Origin: an uncultured Planctomycetaceae bacterium
GTDB taxonomy: Bacteria > Planctomycetota > Planctomycetia > Pirellulales > PALSA-1355
Length of the DNA: 64,000 nucleotides
Assembly: GCA_963785305.1 (NCBI GenBank)
Contig: CAWAUV010000008.1
Span: 1,312,001 to 1,376,000, forward strand
Reading direction: 5' to 3'
A model generated the notes under the pieces. That model worked only from the letters and a program-made list of their open reading frames with translations. It was not told the origin of the DNA and did no database searches. Made by a program: the position numbers and the translations under genes. Each line of letters begins with the position of its first letter. Position 1 is the first letter of the stretch. This document shows positions 1 through 9,729 of the stretch, one piece after another.

Positions 1-566
1 CGCCCGGCGACTCGGCGCAGTTGGTGCTCGGCGAGAAACGCCTTCAACTGTTCGAGCGTGTAATCGGCATAAGGATTCGTCGGATCGGCGGGGCGCATGT
101 TGTTCGGCATGCGCGGTAGGCCGGAAGAGTGCGTGGCGAGCATTTCGAGCGTGATCGGCGGCCCATCGGCGGCGAATGGCTTGAGCTCCGGAAAAAAATC
201 CCGCAGCGGCTCGTCGAGCTTCACGAGCCCGCGCTCGACCATGTCGGCCAGCAGCACACCGGTGAAGACCTTGCTGATCGAACCGATCTCGTACTCGGTG
301 TCTTGGCCGGGAACCGTGCCCGAGTCCTTGACGGTCTCGCCGTAGCCGAGAATTTGTGTCTGTCCCTCTTTGAGCACTCCCACGGTAAAGCCCACGGCCA
401 CATGATCGGCGATGGCTTGCCGCGCGAGCGGATCGACGACCGGCCTGACGTCGAGCGCGTCGGCTTGCGCGAGCCCGGGCGCGATCGCGAATAGAGCCCA
501 CGCCACGATCGCCAACAGCGGCGCGATCGCCTCTCCGCGATATAAACCACTAGCGCGATCCATCAT
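1..566 (-). CDS. Serine hydrolase, beta-lactamase/AmpC family, exported (partial, runs off the window)
   Basis: Hand translation of the minus strand from ATG at 566 gives a signal-like N-terminus, then YEIGSISKVFTG (SxxK) and LATHSSGLPRMP. Absent from the ORF track because the stop lies outside the window. Confidence 0.85.
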   Translation of the reverse strand, partial: MMDRASGLYRGEAIAPLLAIVAWALFAIAPGLAQADALDVRPVVDPLARQAIADHVAVGFTVGVLKEGQTQILGYGETVKDSGTVPGQDTEYEIGSISKVFTGVLLADMVERGLVKLDEPLRDFFPELKPFAADGPPITLEMLATHSSGLPRMPNNMRPADPTNPYADYTLEQLKAFLAEHQLRRVAG

Positions 567-1692
567 CGGTGTGTTCCTCCGAGCCGCGAGGCAAATGGCG
601 GCGCAAGTAAAGCAAGTCGCCCGAGCGCATCGCGCTGACACCCCCGGGAAGCGTGCGACCGAGGTTCGAGTTCGTGAGTTGGGTTCGAGGCGTTTGGGCC
701 AGCGCGGCCAACGAATCCCAAGCGTCGAACCCCATCGACTGCATCGGCCAAGCCCGGCGTTTCCAGAGCGCAACAAATACCTCGCGCGAGATGCCGATCC
801 ACGTCTTCGAGCCGCCGACAATCGACGCACGTTTCATCGCCACGGGTTTTCACATCGGCGCTCGGTCCATTAGGCGACGGCGCGTCGCCTGGAATCATGT
901 CGCGCGGCATCGTGTCGAGCAGGCGTTCGGCTTCGCGGTCGAGGCACTGCTGGGCATCTCCGGCCAATCGGCCGAGCCGCGCCAGCGCCGCCGACCACAT
1001 CGGAATTGAATTCCCGCGCGAGCAGCGGCAACAACACGCCGCGAATCCGCGCCCGCGTCTGATCGAGATCGTCGTTCGTGCGGTCGATGCGAAACGATTG
1101 CCCGAGCGCTTCGAGGTATGCGGTGATCCGCGATCGCGAGATCGTTAATAACGGGCGCAGCAACGTCACGGCTGGCGAGAGCAGGCGAGCCCGCGGCATG
1201 CCAGCCAGCCCGGCGAGACCGGTTCCGCGAACAATATGGTGCAATATGGTCTCGGCCTGATCGTCGGCCGTGTGGGCCGTCGCGAGATAGCGGGCGCCTT
1301 GCTCCTCGGCCACGCGCCGCAAAAAACGATAGCGAGCCGCCCGGGCCGCGGCCTCGATGCCGTCGGGCGCGACGGCGAGCTCGCCGGCTTGCACCGGCCC
1401 ACTTCGCACACGAGTCCGAGCGAGCTGGCCAAGTCGACGACGAACCGCGCATCGGCATCGGATTCGGCGTCGCGCAGGCCGTGGTTGAAATGAGCCACGG
1501 TCAATTTCGCGTCGGGCGTCGGCGGAATCGATCGAGCCCTCGCAACAGGGCCACGCTATCGGCGCCGCCCGACACCGCGACCACGATCCGCGCCCGGCGT
1601 CGGTCGGCTCCGGGCCAAGCCGCTTCGATCGCTTCTTCAAAGCCGGGTCGGGTCGGACTGGCGAGTTGCCGGGCGGTGGAGTCGATGGACAT
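550..1692 (-). CDS. tilS: tRNA(Ile)-lysidine synthetase, split by about 4 frameshifts (likely sequencing error)
   Basis: VVAVSGGADSVALL, VAHFNHGLR, EAAARAARYRFL, ATAHTADDQAETIL..RGTGLAGLAGM and LLRPLL appear in successive frames. Confidence 0.9.
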
Positions 1693-1977
1693 GTGCGGCG
1701 AGGGCTTGGGAGATGTCTCGAATATCGCCAAAAAATGCTCGGTTGCAGTTCGCTGCCACTGTGATACGATGCTGTTTGGCGCTGGATCGAGACCGGCATT
1801 GCCGCCGCGACCGGAGCCTCGGGCACTTCCCGGCCCAGCATTGGGGCGGGCAGTTTCCGCGGCGTTCGGCGAGCGGCAAGACAAATCTCGGCCAGAGCCC
1901 GTGATTTATCGTATCGTAAATTCATCCATCGAAACACCGGAACGACATTTTCGAGCGTCGTCGCAAATCGGCCCAGA

Positions 1978-2129
1978 GAGAGGGCGTTTGCCGGCGGATG
2001 GCTTATGGCGACTCAAGGCTGACCGCCGCGCGGGCGACCGCGCCGCGGGTTGACGGCGTGGGTCGTTTTGACCTGAGCGTGTTTGCTGATCGACCTGAAC
2101 AGATTGCGTTCGCGCCGGGGAGCGTCTCC
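1978..2129 (+). ncRNA. Candidate 6S-like rod-shaped RNA (or structured rny leader)
   Basis: Closing stem GGGCGTTTGCCGGCG/CGCCGGGGAGCGTCT, central asymmetric bubble, inner stem TCAAGGCTGACC/GGTCGTTTTGA and apical CGCGG-GCGA-CCGCG GNRA hairpin. G-U pairs favour the + strand. Lies upstream of rny. Confidence 0.5.
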
Positions 2130-2750
2130 GGCAGTCCTTTGCATCGGAGTCCGTGGCACAAAATGTTCTTGCTTGTCGTCTTGCGATTTTTGTTCGGCCA
2201 AGGCTTCGCGCGGCGCTCCGGCTGCGTCGAAGTGGCGTTTGGTCGTCGAAATCGGCTGGGCACGCCATCGGCCAGCAAGCGACAGACAGGGTTGCCCGGC
2301 ATGATCCGCCATTGGCTGGGGCGATTGCTGCCTTGGGCGATGTCGTATCATGATCGTGTCGCATTCATCGGCCAAACCGGGGAACATCGCGGATCGATCC
2401 TCGGGGCGTGCGTCTGCCGCCTCGCGGGGCCGGGCCGCTGCTGGGCGCTTGCGCCGGCGGCGGCGATCCGGCATGTTCGCCGAGACCGATCCGACACGGA
2501 CTGCCCGGTTCTGGCTCGCCGCGCCGCGCGGCCGCAATCCTTGGCTCGATCGCGGCCCTTGGGCATAAGCGACTTCCTTTCGGCGAGATCTTCCTCCGAG
2601 GCCCTTGGTTTCTTGCCTTCCCGTGGCGAGCGACTTTCACGAGCATTGATGCGCCCGCCACCGGCGCCGCGAACCGCTCGGCGGCGATGCTTGCCGGCTG
2701 ATCCGGCGCGGCGAAACCGCTTTGCATGGCCTCTTGGGGAGAAAACAACC

Positions 2751-4311
2751 GTGTCACCGGGTGAAGTGCTGGCCGTGATTGCCGCGGCCGTTTTGGCGGC
2801 GGTTCTGACGTTCGTTATTCTGAAAACGATCGACCGCCTGCGTCGCAAGGACGCCGAAAGCGAGGCGCGCGAGATCGTCGCTCGCGCCGAGCGCGATTGC
2901 CACGGCGCGGCTCCGTGAAACCGAGCTGCAAATCAAGGAAATGGCCATCCAGCAAAAGGCCGAGGGCGAAAAGGAATTCAGCCGCCTGCGCCACGAATTG
3001 CACGAACGCGACCGCGCGCTCGACAAACGCCACGATTCGCTCGAGCAGCAGCAAGAACAGCTCCGCCGCCAGGAGCGCATGGTCGAGACCAACCAGCGCA
3101 AATTGGCCGAACGGCTCGAGGAAACCAATCGCCGCAACGAAGAGCTCGCCGGACTCGTCGAATCGCAACGCGCCGTGTTGCACAAGCTCAGCGGCCTCTC
3201 GCGCGAGGAAGCCACCCGGCGCCTGCTCGAACGACTCGACGCCGACCTGACGCACGAAGCCGGCGCCCTGATTATCAAACACGAACGCAAGCTGGCCGAA
3301 ACCTGCGAATCCAAGGCCCGCGAGACGCTCCTCACCGCGATTCAGCGATACGCCGCCGCCCACACCGCCGAGACGACGACCAGCACGGTTGATATTCCCA
3401 ACGACGAAATGAAGGGCCGAATCATCGGCCGCGAGGGGCGAAATATCCGCGCTTTCGAGAAAGCGACCGGCGTCGATGTGATCATCGACGACACGCCGGG
3501 CGTGGTCATCGTGAGCGGCTTCGACACGGTCCGCCGCGAGATCGCCCGCGCGGCGCTCGCCAAGCTCATCACCGATGGCCGCATCCACCCGGCCAGAATC
3601 GAGGAACTGGTCGTCGAGACCCAGAACGAGATGGAGCAAAACATTCAAAAGCACGGCGAGGAAGCCGCGCAAGAAGCCGATGTGCCCGGCCTGCATCCGA
3701 AGATCATCCACCTCCTGGGCCGCCTGCGATTTCGCACCAGCTATAGTCAAAATGTGCTCCGGCATTCGATCGAAGTCGCGTTTCTCAGCGGCATGATCGC
3801 CGAGGAGATCGGGCTCGATGGGAATCTGGCCCGCCGCTGCGGACTGCTGCACGATATCGGCAAGGCCGCCGACCACGAAGCCGAGGGAGGCCACCCCAAG
3901 ATCGGCGCCGAGCTCGTCAAGCGCCACGGCGAGGGGCCCGAGGTGGTGCATGCCGCGCTCGGCCACCACGACGATATTCGCGTCGATCATCCCTACACGG
4001 TGATCGTCGCCGCCGCCGACGCGATCAGCGCCAGCCGGCCGGGAGCGCGGCGCGAGAGCCTCGAACGCTACATCAAACGCATGGAAGACCTCGAAGCGAT
4101 CGCCACCGGGTTCGCCGGAGTCGACCTGGCGTTTGCCATTCAAGCCGGCCGCGAACTGCGAGTCATCGCCAGCGCCAAGAACACGACCGACGAATCGGCC
4201 GCCAAGATCGGGTTCGATATCGCCCGCGCTTGCGAAGCCCAATTGACCTATCCCGGCGAGATCAAAGTCACGGTGCTGCGCGAAGCGCGGTTCACGGAAG
4301 TGGCCAAATGA
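2751..4311 (+). CDS. rny: Ribonuclease Y (one frameshift near 2897)
   Basis: N-terminal TM helix from GTG 2751, coiled coil, KH motif [16 protein letters not shown] motif [20 protein letters not shown]. Confidence 0.95.
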
Positions 4312-4341
4312 TCGCGTCGATTTTTTAGCGAGAGGTTTCGG

Positions 4342-5232
4342 GTGCGAATCCTGCTTATCGGCGACATCGTGGGAAAGCCCGGTCGAGTGATCGTGGTCCG
4401 CGCGCTCGCGCGCCTGATCGAGACCCACGGAATCGATCTGGTGGTGGCCAATGGCGAAAACTCGGCCGCCGGCTCCGGCATCACGCCCGCGATCTACCAA
4501 GAGCTGATCGCCGCCGGCGTCGACTGTATCACGCTTGGCGACCATATCTATCGCCGCGGCGAGATTATTCCGTTGCTGCGCGAGCGGGAGAATATCGTGC
4601 GGCCCGCGAATTTTCCCGCCACGGCGCCCGGCCGCCAATGGGCCGTGGTCACCGCCCGCAACGGTCAACAGGTTGCCGTGCTGAGCCTCTTGGGCCGAGT
4701 ATTCATGCGGCCGGTCGATTGCCCCTGGACGGCCGCCGATCGCGTGCTCGCCGAATTGCCGGCCGAGGTCAAAGTGATTCTCGTCGACTTCCATGCCGAG
4801 GCCACGAGCGACAAACAGCTCATGGGCCGCTATCTCGATGGCCGCGTGAGCGCCGTGTTGGGCACGCATACCCATGTGCCCACGGCCGATCAGCAGGTGT
4901 TGCCCCAGGGCACGGCGTTTCAGTGCGATGTCGGCATGACCGGCCCCCACGACAGCATTCTCGGCCGCCAGGTCGACCGGGTGCTCGAAGCCACGCTGCA
5001 TTTCACGCCCACGCATTTCGACGTGGCCACGGGCGATGTGCGAATCCATGGAACCTTGGTCGATGTCGACCCGGCGACCGGCCGCGCCAAAGCGGTCGAG
5101 CGGCTGATGGTCACGCAGGCCGAGGTCGATGCGTATCCGCGCGCCGCGGCCCAGGCGTCGCCGGCGGGCCAATCTTCGCCCGCGGGCCAAACGTCGCAAG
5201 CGGGTTTGGCCAAGCATCCGGCTGCTTCTTGA
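4342..5232 (+). CDS. ymdB: TIGR00282/YmdB-family metallophosphoesterase
   Basis: IGDIVGKPG, NGENSAAGSG, VDFHAEATSDK, GTHTHVPTAD, DVGMTGP; canonical position after rny. Confidence 0.92.
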   Translation: MRILLIGDIVGKPGRVIVVRALARLIETHGIDLVVANGENSAAGSGITPAIYQELIAAGVDCITLGDHIYRRGEIIPLLRERENIVRPANFPATAPGRQWAVVTARNGQQVAVLSLLGRVFMRPVDCPWTAADRVLAELPAEVKVILVDFHAEATSDKQLMGRYLDGRVSAVLGTHTHVPTADQQVLPQGTAFQCDVGMTGPHDSILGRQVDRVLEATLHFTPTHFDVATGDVRIHGTLVDVDPATGRAKAVERLMVTQAEVDAYPRAAAQASPAGQSSPAGQTSQAGLAKHPAAS

Positions 5233-5272
5233 AGCGACGAACCGTTTTCTTTCGTCCTCGGTTCATTCCGCC

Positions 5273-5949
5273 ATGCCCGCGCCCGCCCTGAATGTGCTCC
5301 ACGAAGACAACCACTTGCTTGTGGTCAACAAGCCGGCCGAGTTGCCCACGATCGGCGTGGCGCCCGACGAGCCGAGTCTCGTGAAGCTCGCCAAGAGCTA
5401 TATCAAAGATCGCTATCAAAAGCCCGGCAATGTTTATCTGGGCGTGATGAGTCGGCTCGACGCGGCAGTGTCGGGCGTGGTGGTGCTGGCCCGCACCAGC
5501 AAAGCGGCGGCCCGGCTCACCGAGCAGTTCGCGCAGCGCGAGGTCGAAAAAATCTATTGGGCGATCGTCGCCGGCGCCATGCGGCCGCCGGAAGGCGAAT
5601 GCGTCGACTGGCTGGTGAAAGACGACCGCTTGGCGCGCATGGTGGTTGTGCCCGCCGCGCGCCGGGAGCGACCGAGGCGCGGCTCGCCTATCGCGTCGTG
5701 AAGCAGCTCGCGGTCGGAAGTCTGCTCGAAGTCAACTTGCACACGGGCCGCAAGCATCAGATTCGCGTGCAACTCGCGGCCCGCAGGCGGCCGGTGCTAG
5801 GCGATCGGAAATACGGGGCCAACCGAGCAAGCTGGTCGATCTGGCGCGGTCCCGGCATCGCCCTCCACGCCCGAAGGCTTGCTTTCCGCCACCCGGTGCA
5901 AGACACCTGGGTGCAAATCGAAGCCCCACCGCCAAGCTCCTGGCCTTAA
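5273..5949 (+). CDS. RluA-family pseudouridine synthase (frameshift near 5665)
   Basis: LHEDNHLLVVNKPAEL, SRLDAAVSGVVVLARTS, TGRKHQIRVQLA, LGDRKYG, IALHARRLAFRHP. Confidence 0.88.
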
Positions 5950-6100
5950 CAGCCTGTTGACAAATGCCATCGCGGCATTTTTCAACCTCGCCAAGCGCCG
6001 AGCAAAGCTCGTCGCGGCTCGCAAAATAACGACTTACGTCGTTGTTTTGACACCGCATCCATGCGGCGGCGCAGCCTGTTGCATATTTCAACAGGCTGCC
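5949..6100. repeat. Repeat family A (about 150-bp MITE/REP-like unit, ends CAGCCTGTTGA...TCAACAGGCTG)
   Basis: Terminal inverted repeats plus internal hairpins. Related copies at 9438-9646 and 39931-40040 (inverted); minimal palindromes at 42279-42307 and 61438-61464. Confidence 0.8.
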
Positions 6101-6123
6101 AAGCTCGCATTCGCCGAGATAGA

Positions 6124-6423
6124 ATGTGCATTATGAATAAAGGCAGCCCACGGATCAAAGGTAATTTGGAAATTGCATTTCGCGATGCGATGATATTCAT
6201 TGGCGGCGATCGGGATGGCCTTCGGTCATTCGCGGATCTCTTGATTTGGTTATCAAATGTCGACCACGACGATCTCGAAAGCATGCCGATTGGCGAACGC
6301 TGCCATGTGCATCTTCACGCGAATGAGTCGATACAATCGTTCAATTCACTGACCGCATTCTCCACGGAAACCGAAGTCTGAAGGCTAGACGCAAAAGGCA
6401 CGGGCGAGTTTCCAGAAAGGTAC
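6124..6423 (+). pseudogene. Small immunity-protein-like gene (Imm32-like) with in-frame TGA at 6379-6381
   Basis: Lower GC. IFIGGDRDGLRSFADLLIWL...HVHL, then stop, then RLDAKGTGEFPERY in the same frame. Family assignment is from memory. Confidence 0.45.
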
Positions 6424-6611
6424 ATGAATCAGCCAAAGGCCAACATGGTGTGCGCGAGGAGAGGGCGCGGCGGAAAGGGCAATACCAAGAACGTTCAACC
6501 GCATTCAAATGCGAAACGAAAACCGCGCGGCGCAAGACGCGCCGGTCCCGGGGTAGAAAGGGCGAGTAGCCCGTTCATAAAACGGTCTTGGCGAGGGTCG
6601 ACGGGGCTTGC

Positions 6612-6751
6612 AGCGTCGCCTCGTCGAGCGGCACGCCGAGAAACGTCCGAAGACTCAGTCTGTCGCTGCGCCGCCAGGCGATGCCGCGCTGGCTGTCGAT
6701 ATCCTCGAAGTAGCCGACGAGCAGCATCCGAAAATAGATGCCCGGCGCGAT
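6612..6751 (-). mobile_element. IS1182/IS5-like transposase fragment (DUF772-type N-terminal region)
   Basis: Hand translation: IAPGIYFRMLLVGYFEDIDSQRGIAWRRSDRLSLRTFLGVPLDEAT. No start codon and no IS ends seen. Confidence 0.75.
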
Positions 6752-7025
6752 CCAACCGAAGAAGGAAGCGTTTCCAGACAGTCACCTATTTGCGGCCCGT
6801 CGTGTTGAAAACCTGCTTTGGTTCCGGCGGAGAACAGAAGAGGAGTATTCCAACACGACGACACGAAGCACACGACGTAAGCAAGCAGCCGACAAACGGC
6901 ACCCCAGTCCGCCCTCGGCGTTTCATTCCTCCAGCTTTCGTCGTGCCGTCGTGGTAAAAGCTGCCTTGGCTGCGATGAAGGCAGCGCCGCAAATAGGTGG
7001 CTGTCTGAAAACCCGGAAAACCCGA

Positions 7026-7214
7026 CACCGCGATTGGGCGCGTCAAGTCAACCATCCGCAATCCGATGCGGAGTTGGTGGCCGTGCGCAATGCCCTCCGC
7101 GGGGGAAGTCCGTTCGGCGCTCCGGACTGTCAGTCGTCCACGGCCCGCCGGCTCGGCCTTGAGTCGTCCCTCCATCCCCGCGGCCGACCCTTAAAGCACC
7201 CAAACCCAAAATAA
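7026..7214 (+). mobile_element. C-terminal remnant of a REP-associated tyrosine (Y1/RAYT-like) transposase
   Basis: RDWARQVNHPQSDAELVAVRNALRGGSPFG...TARRLGLESSLHPRGRP resembles the planctomycete RAYT tail. HUH motif absent. Confidence 0.65.
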
Positions 7215-7553
7215 CGATCTGCGTCCCCTTTGTTTCTCCCCTTTGTTTTTCGCGAGTTTAACCACACTATCTCCCTCCGCGCCCTCCGCGTCTCCGCGTG
7301 AGAATCTCATGCATGGCCCGAGGAACCGGCGATAGGATCCACGGCGCCCGCATTCCGCCGCTCGCGGAAATGTTGCATCCACGCGCGAAAATCGTTCAGA
7401 TGTTCCGGGAAGCGGACCGCGACTTGATCCGGCCACTTTTTTCCTCCGACATAATCGATGATATGATCGGTGATTCACGGCGGAGCGAAGAACCGCTCGC
7501 TCGTCAGATTCCTGATCGCGGACCGAATACGCCCGTTCATTGAGGGATGCATC

Positions 7554-9278
7554 GTGATTAGCACCCAAGCGTCGAAAGCGGCCGTCTTCTCGCTGTTATG
7601 CTTGGCGATTGCGGCAGCCTGTCATGCGGCGGATTCCGCGCCGCCACCGCCAGCGAAAATTTCCGCCAAGCGGCCGAATATCGTGTTTTGTTTCGCCGAC
7701 GATTGGGGGCGGTATGCGGGCATCTACGCGACGATCGACGACCGGCCTTCGATCAATCAGGTGCTCAAGACGCCGCGCATCGATCAGGTCGCTCGCGAAG
7801 GGGTGCTGTTTCGCAACGCTTTCGTCACGGCGCCAAGCTGCACTCCCTGCCGCAGTTCGCTGCTCTCGGGCCAATATTTCTTCCGCACCGGCGGCGGGGC
7901 GATCTTGGTCGGGGCCCAGTGGGATTCGACCGTGCCCACCTATCCGCTGATGCTTCGCGACGCCGGATACCATATCGGCAAGAGCTACAAAGTGTGGTCA
8001 CCCGGCACGCCGGCCGACGCGCCCTATGGCGGTCAGAAATACGCCTATGAAAAGGCGGGCCGCGATTTCAACATGCACTACGACCGCCGGGTGCTGGAGC
8101 GTGTCAAGAATGGCATGTCGCTCGACGCGGCGAAAGTGGAGTCGCTCGAGCAGGTGCGAAAAAACTTCGACGCCTTTCTCGCCGACCGCAATCCCGGCCA
8201 GCCGTTCTGCTACTGGTTCGGCCCCACGCTCACGCACCGGCCCTACACCAGCGGCTCCGGCAAGGAGCTCTGGGGGCTCGACCCGGAATCGGTGCGGGGA
8301 AAGCTGCCGAAATTCATGCCCGACGTGCCGGAAGTCCGCGACGATTTTCTGGACTACATGGGCCAGGTCATGGCCTTGGACTCCGCCGTGGGCGCCATCG
8401 TCGATCGGCTGCGGGAAGCGGGCGAACTGGACAATACGATCCTCGTCCTTAGCGGCGATCATGGCATGCCCGGCGTTCCTGGCGGAAAATGTAATCTCTA
8501 TGACTTCGGCGTGGCGGTTCCACTGATTGTGCGCGGACCCGGCATCAAGGCGGGGCGCGTGGTCGACGATTTCGTGAATCTCATGGACCTGGCGCCAACC
8601 TTTCTCGACGCCGCCGGATTGACGCCGCCGACCGCGATGACGGGCCGCAGCTTCATGGATGTGCTGCATTCCGACAAGGCGGGCCAAGTCGATCCCCAGC
8701 GCGATTGGGTGGTGACCGGTCGCGAACGCCATCATCATTTGGCCCAGCCCGGAGCTTTGCCTTATCCGCAGCGGGCACTGCGCACCAAGAATTTTCTTTA
8801 TGTGCGTAATTTCGCGCCCGACCGCTGGCCGATGGGCGACCCGAAGTTCACCGGCCCGAGTGACATGCCGACCTTCGACGCGCTCGCGAAAACGACCGAA
8901 GTCGTGTTTGCCGACATGGACGCCAGCCCGACGAAAGCTTGGCTTGTGCGTGAGTGGGGCGTCGACACATGGAAGTGGCATTACGATTATGCGTTTGGCA
9001 AGCGACCGGCCGAGGAGTTGTACGACCTGCGGAAAGACCCCGACCAGACGGATAACCGCGCCGACGACCCAGCGTATGCGAAAGAGCGGAAAGAATTGTC
9101 GGAGCGTCTGATGCAGATATTGAAGGACGCCCAGGACCCACGCGTGACGGAGAATCCGGTCCCGTTCGAGAGTCCGCCGTTTTATGGTCGCCCGGTCGAG
9201 GCGAACACGAAACCGGTCGAGGCGACTCCGCCCGAGATGAAACCGGCGGAGAAGACGCCGGGCGCCGGAATTCAGTGA
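7554..9278 (+). CDS. Exported Cys-type (formylglycine) sulfatase, family S1
   Basis: Signal peptide, RPNIVFCFADD, CTPCRSSLLSG, LSGDHGM, EELYDLRKDPDQ. GTG start with GAGG RBS. Confidence 0.93.
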   Translation: MISTQASKAAVFSLLCLAIAAACHAADSAPPPPAKISAKRPNIVFCFADDWGRYAGIYATIDDRPSINQVLKTPRIDQVAREGVLFRNAFVTAPSCTPCRSSLLSGQYFFRTGGGAILVGAQWDSTVPTYPLMLRDAGYHIGKSYKVWSPGTPADAPYGGQKYAYEKAGRDFNMHYDRRVLERVKNGMSLDAAKVESLEQVRKNFDAFLADRNPGQPFCYWFGPTLTHRPYTSGSGKELWGLDPESVRGKLPKFMPDVPEVRDDFLDYMGQVMALDSAVGAIVDRLREAGELDNTILVLSGDHGMPGVPGGKCNLYDFGVAVPLIVRGPGIKAGRVVDDFVNLMDLAPTFLDAAGLTPPTAMTGRSFMDVLHSDKAGQVDPQRDWVVTGRERHHHLAQPGALPYPQRALRTKNFLYVRNFAPDRWPMGDPKFTGPSDMPTFDALAKTTEVVFADMDASPTKAWLVREWGVDTWKWHYDYAFGKRPAEELYDLRKDPDQTDNRADDPAYAKERKELSERLMQILKDAQDPRVTENPVPFESPPFYGRPVEANTKPVEATPPEMKPAEKTPGAGIQ

Positions 9279-9437
9279 CTCGCCTGCCGGCGCATCACCA
9301 CCTTTTCCGGACACGATCCGGTGAAAGAACGCTGGTCGCTGCCCAGCAAGAGAAATGTTTTCACCACAAAGCAAGAAAAGACATGAAGCGGAAAGGCGGA
9401 AGTAAAAGCAGCCGCCTTGTGGCCGCCGCTGGTTTGT

Positions 9438-9646
9438 AAACCTCGCCAAGCGCGGAGCAAAGCTCGTCGCGGCTCGCGAAAGAACGCTTTACAGCCTATC
9501 CGAGAACCGCGGCGAGCTCCTCGCCTCCCCTCACCCTACCCTCTCCCGAAGGGAGAGGGGGAGTTGCCGGATAGGTTCTTAAGGTTGCTCTTTTGACACC
9601 GCATTTATGCGGCGGCGGCGCCTGTCGAATTTTCAACAGGTTGCTA
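9438..9646. repeat. Repeat family A copy interrupted by a family B element
   Basis: Aligns to 5984-6100 on both sides of the 9492-9578 insert. Confidence 0.8.
9492..9578. repeat. Repeat family B MITE (CAGCCTATCCG...CGGATAGG(C/T)TC ends, CCCTCTCCC/GGGAGAGGG core), TTA-flanked
   Basis: TTA on both sides (9489-9491 and 9579-9581). Further copies at 32020-32094, 34204-34282, about 38180-38243, 39842-39919 and 50404-50482; core only at 40358-40408. Confidence 0.8.
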
Positions 9647-9729
9647 AAATGAACAGATCGATCAGCAGTGGTCGATTCCCGTCACGCCAAATCCGGCGAA
9701 ACTTTGGGCGACTAGATGCGAGGCGCGCC

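Noticed and set aside
1998..2750. Upstream part of ORF 1998-2918 as a separate protein
   Set aside because: Low-complexity Arg/Ala/Pro sequence overlapping the structured RNA; only the part from GTG 2751 is the rny N-terminus.
2815..5217. 800-aa minus-strand ORF and similar long antisense ORFs (12802-14766, 20866-22758, 43468-45246, 50607-52427, 53581-55452, 58491-60695)
   Set aside because: Antisense shadows of real high-GC genes, with no recognisable motifs.
6379..6420. Selenocysteine recoding at the TGA
   Set aside because: No SECIS-like hairpin after the codon and no redox-motif context; kept only as a nonsense or error candidate.
7298..7543. 81-aa ORF upstream of the sulfatase
   Set aside because: No motifs; it overlaps a repeat and the likely promoter region.
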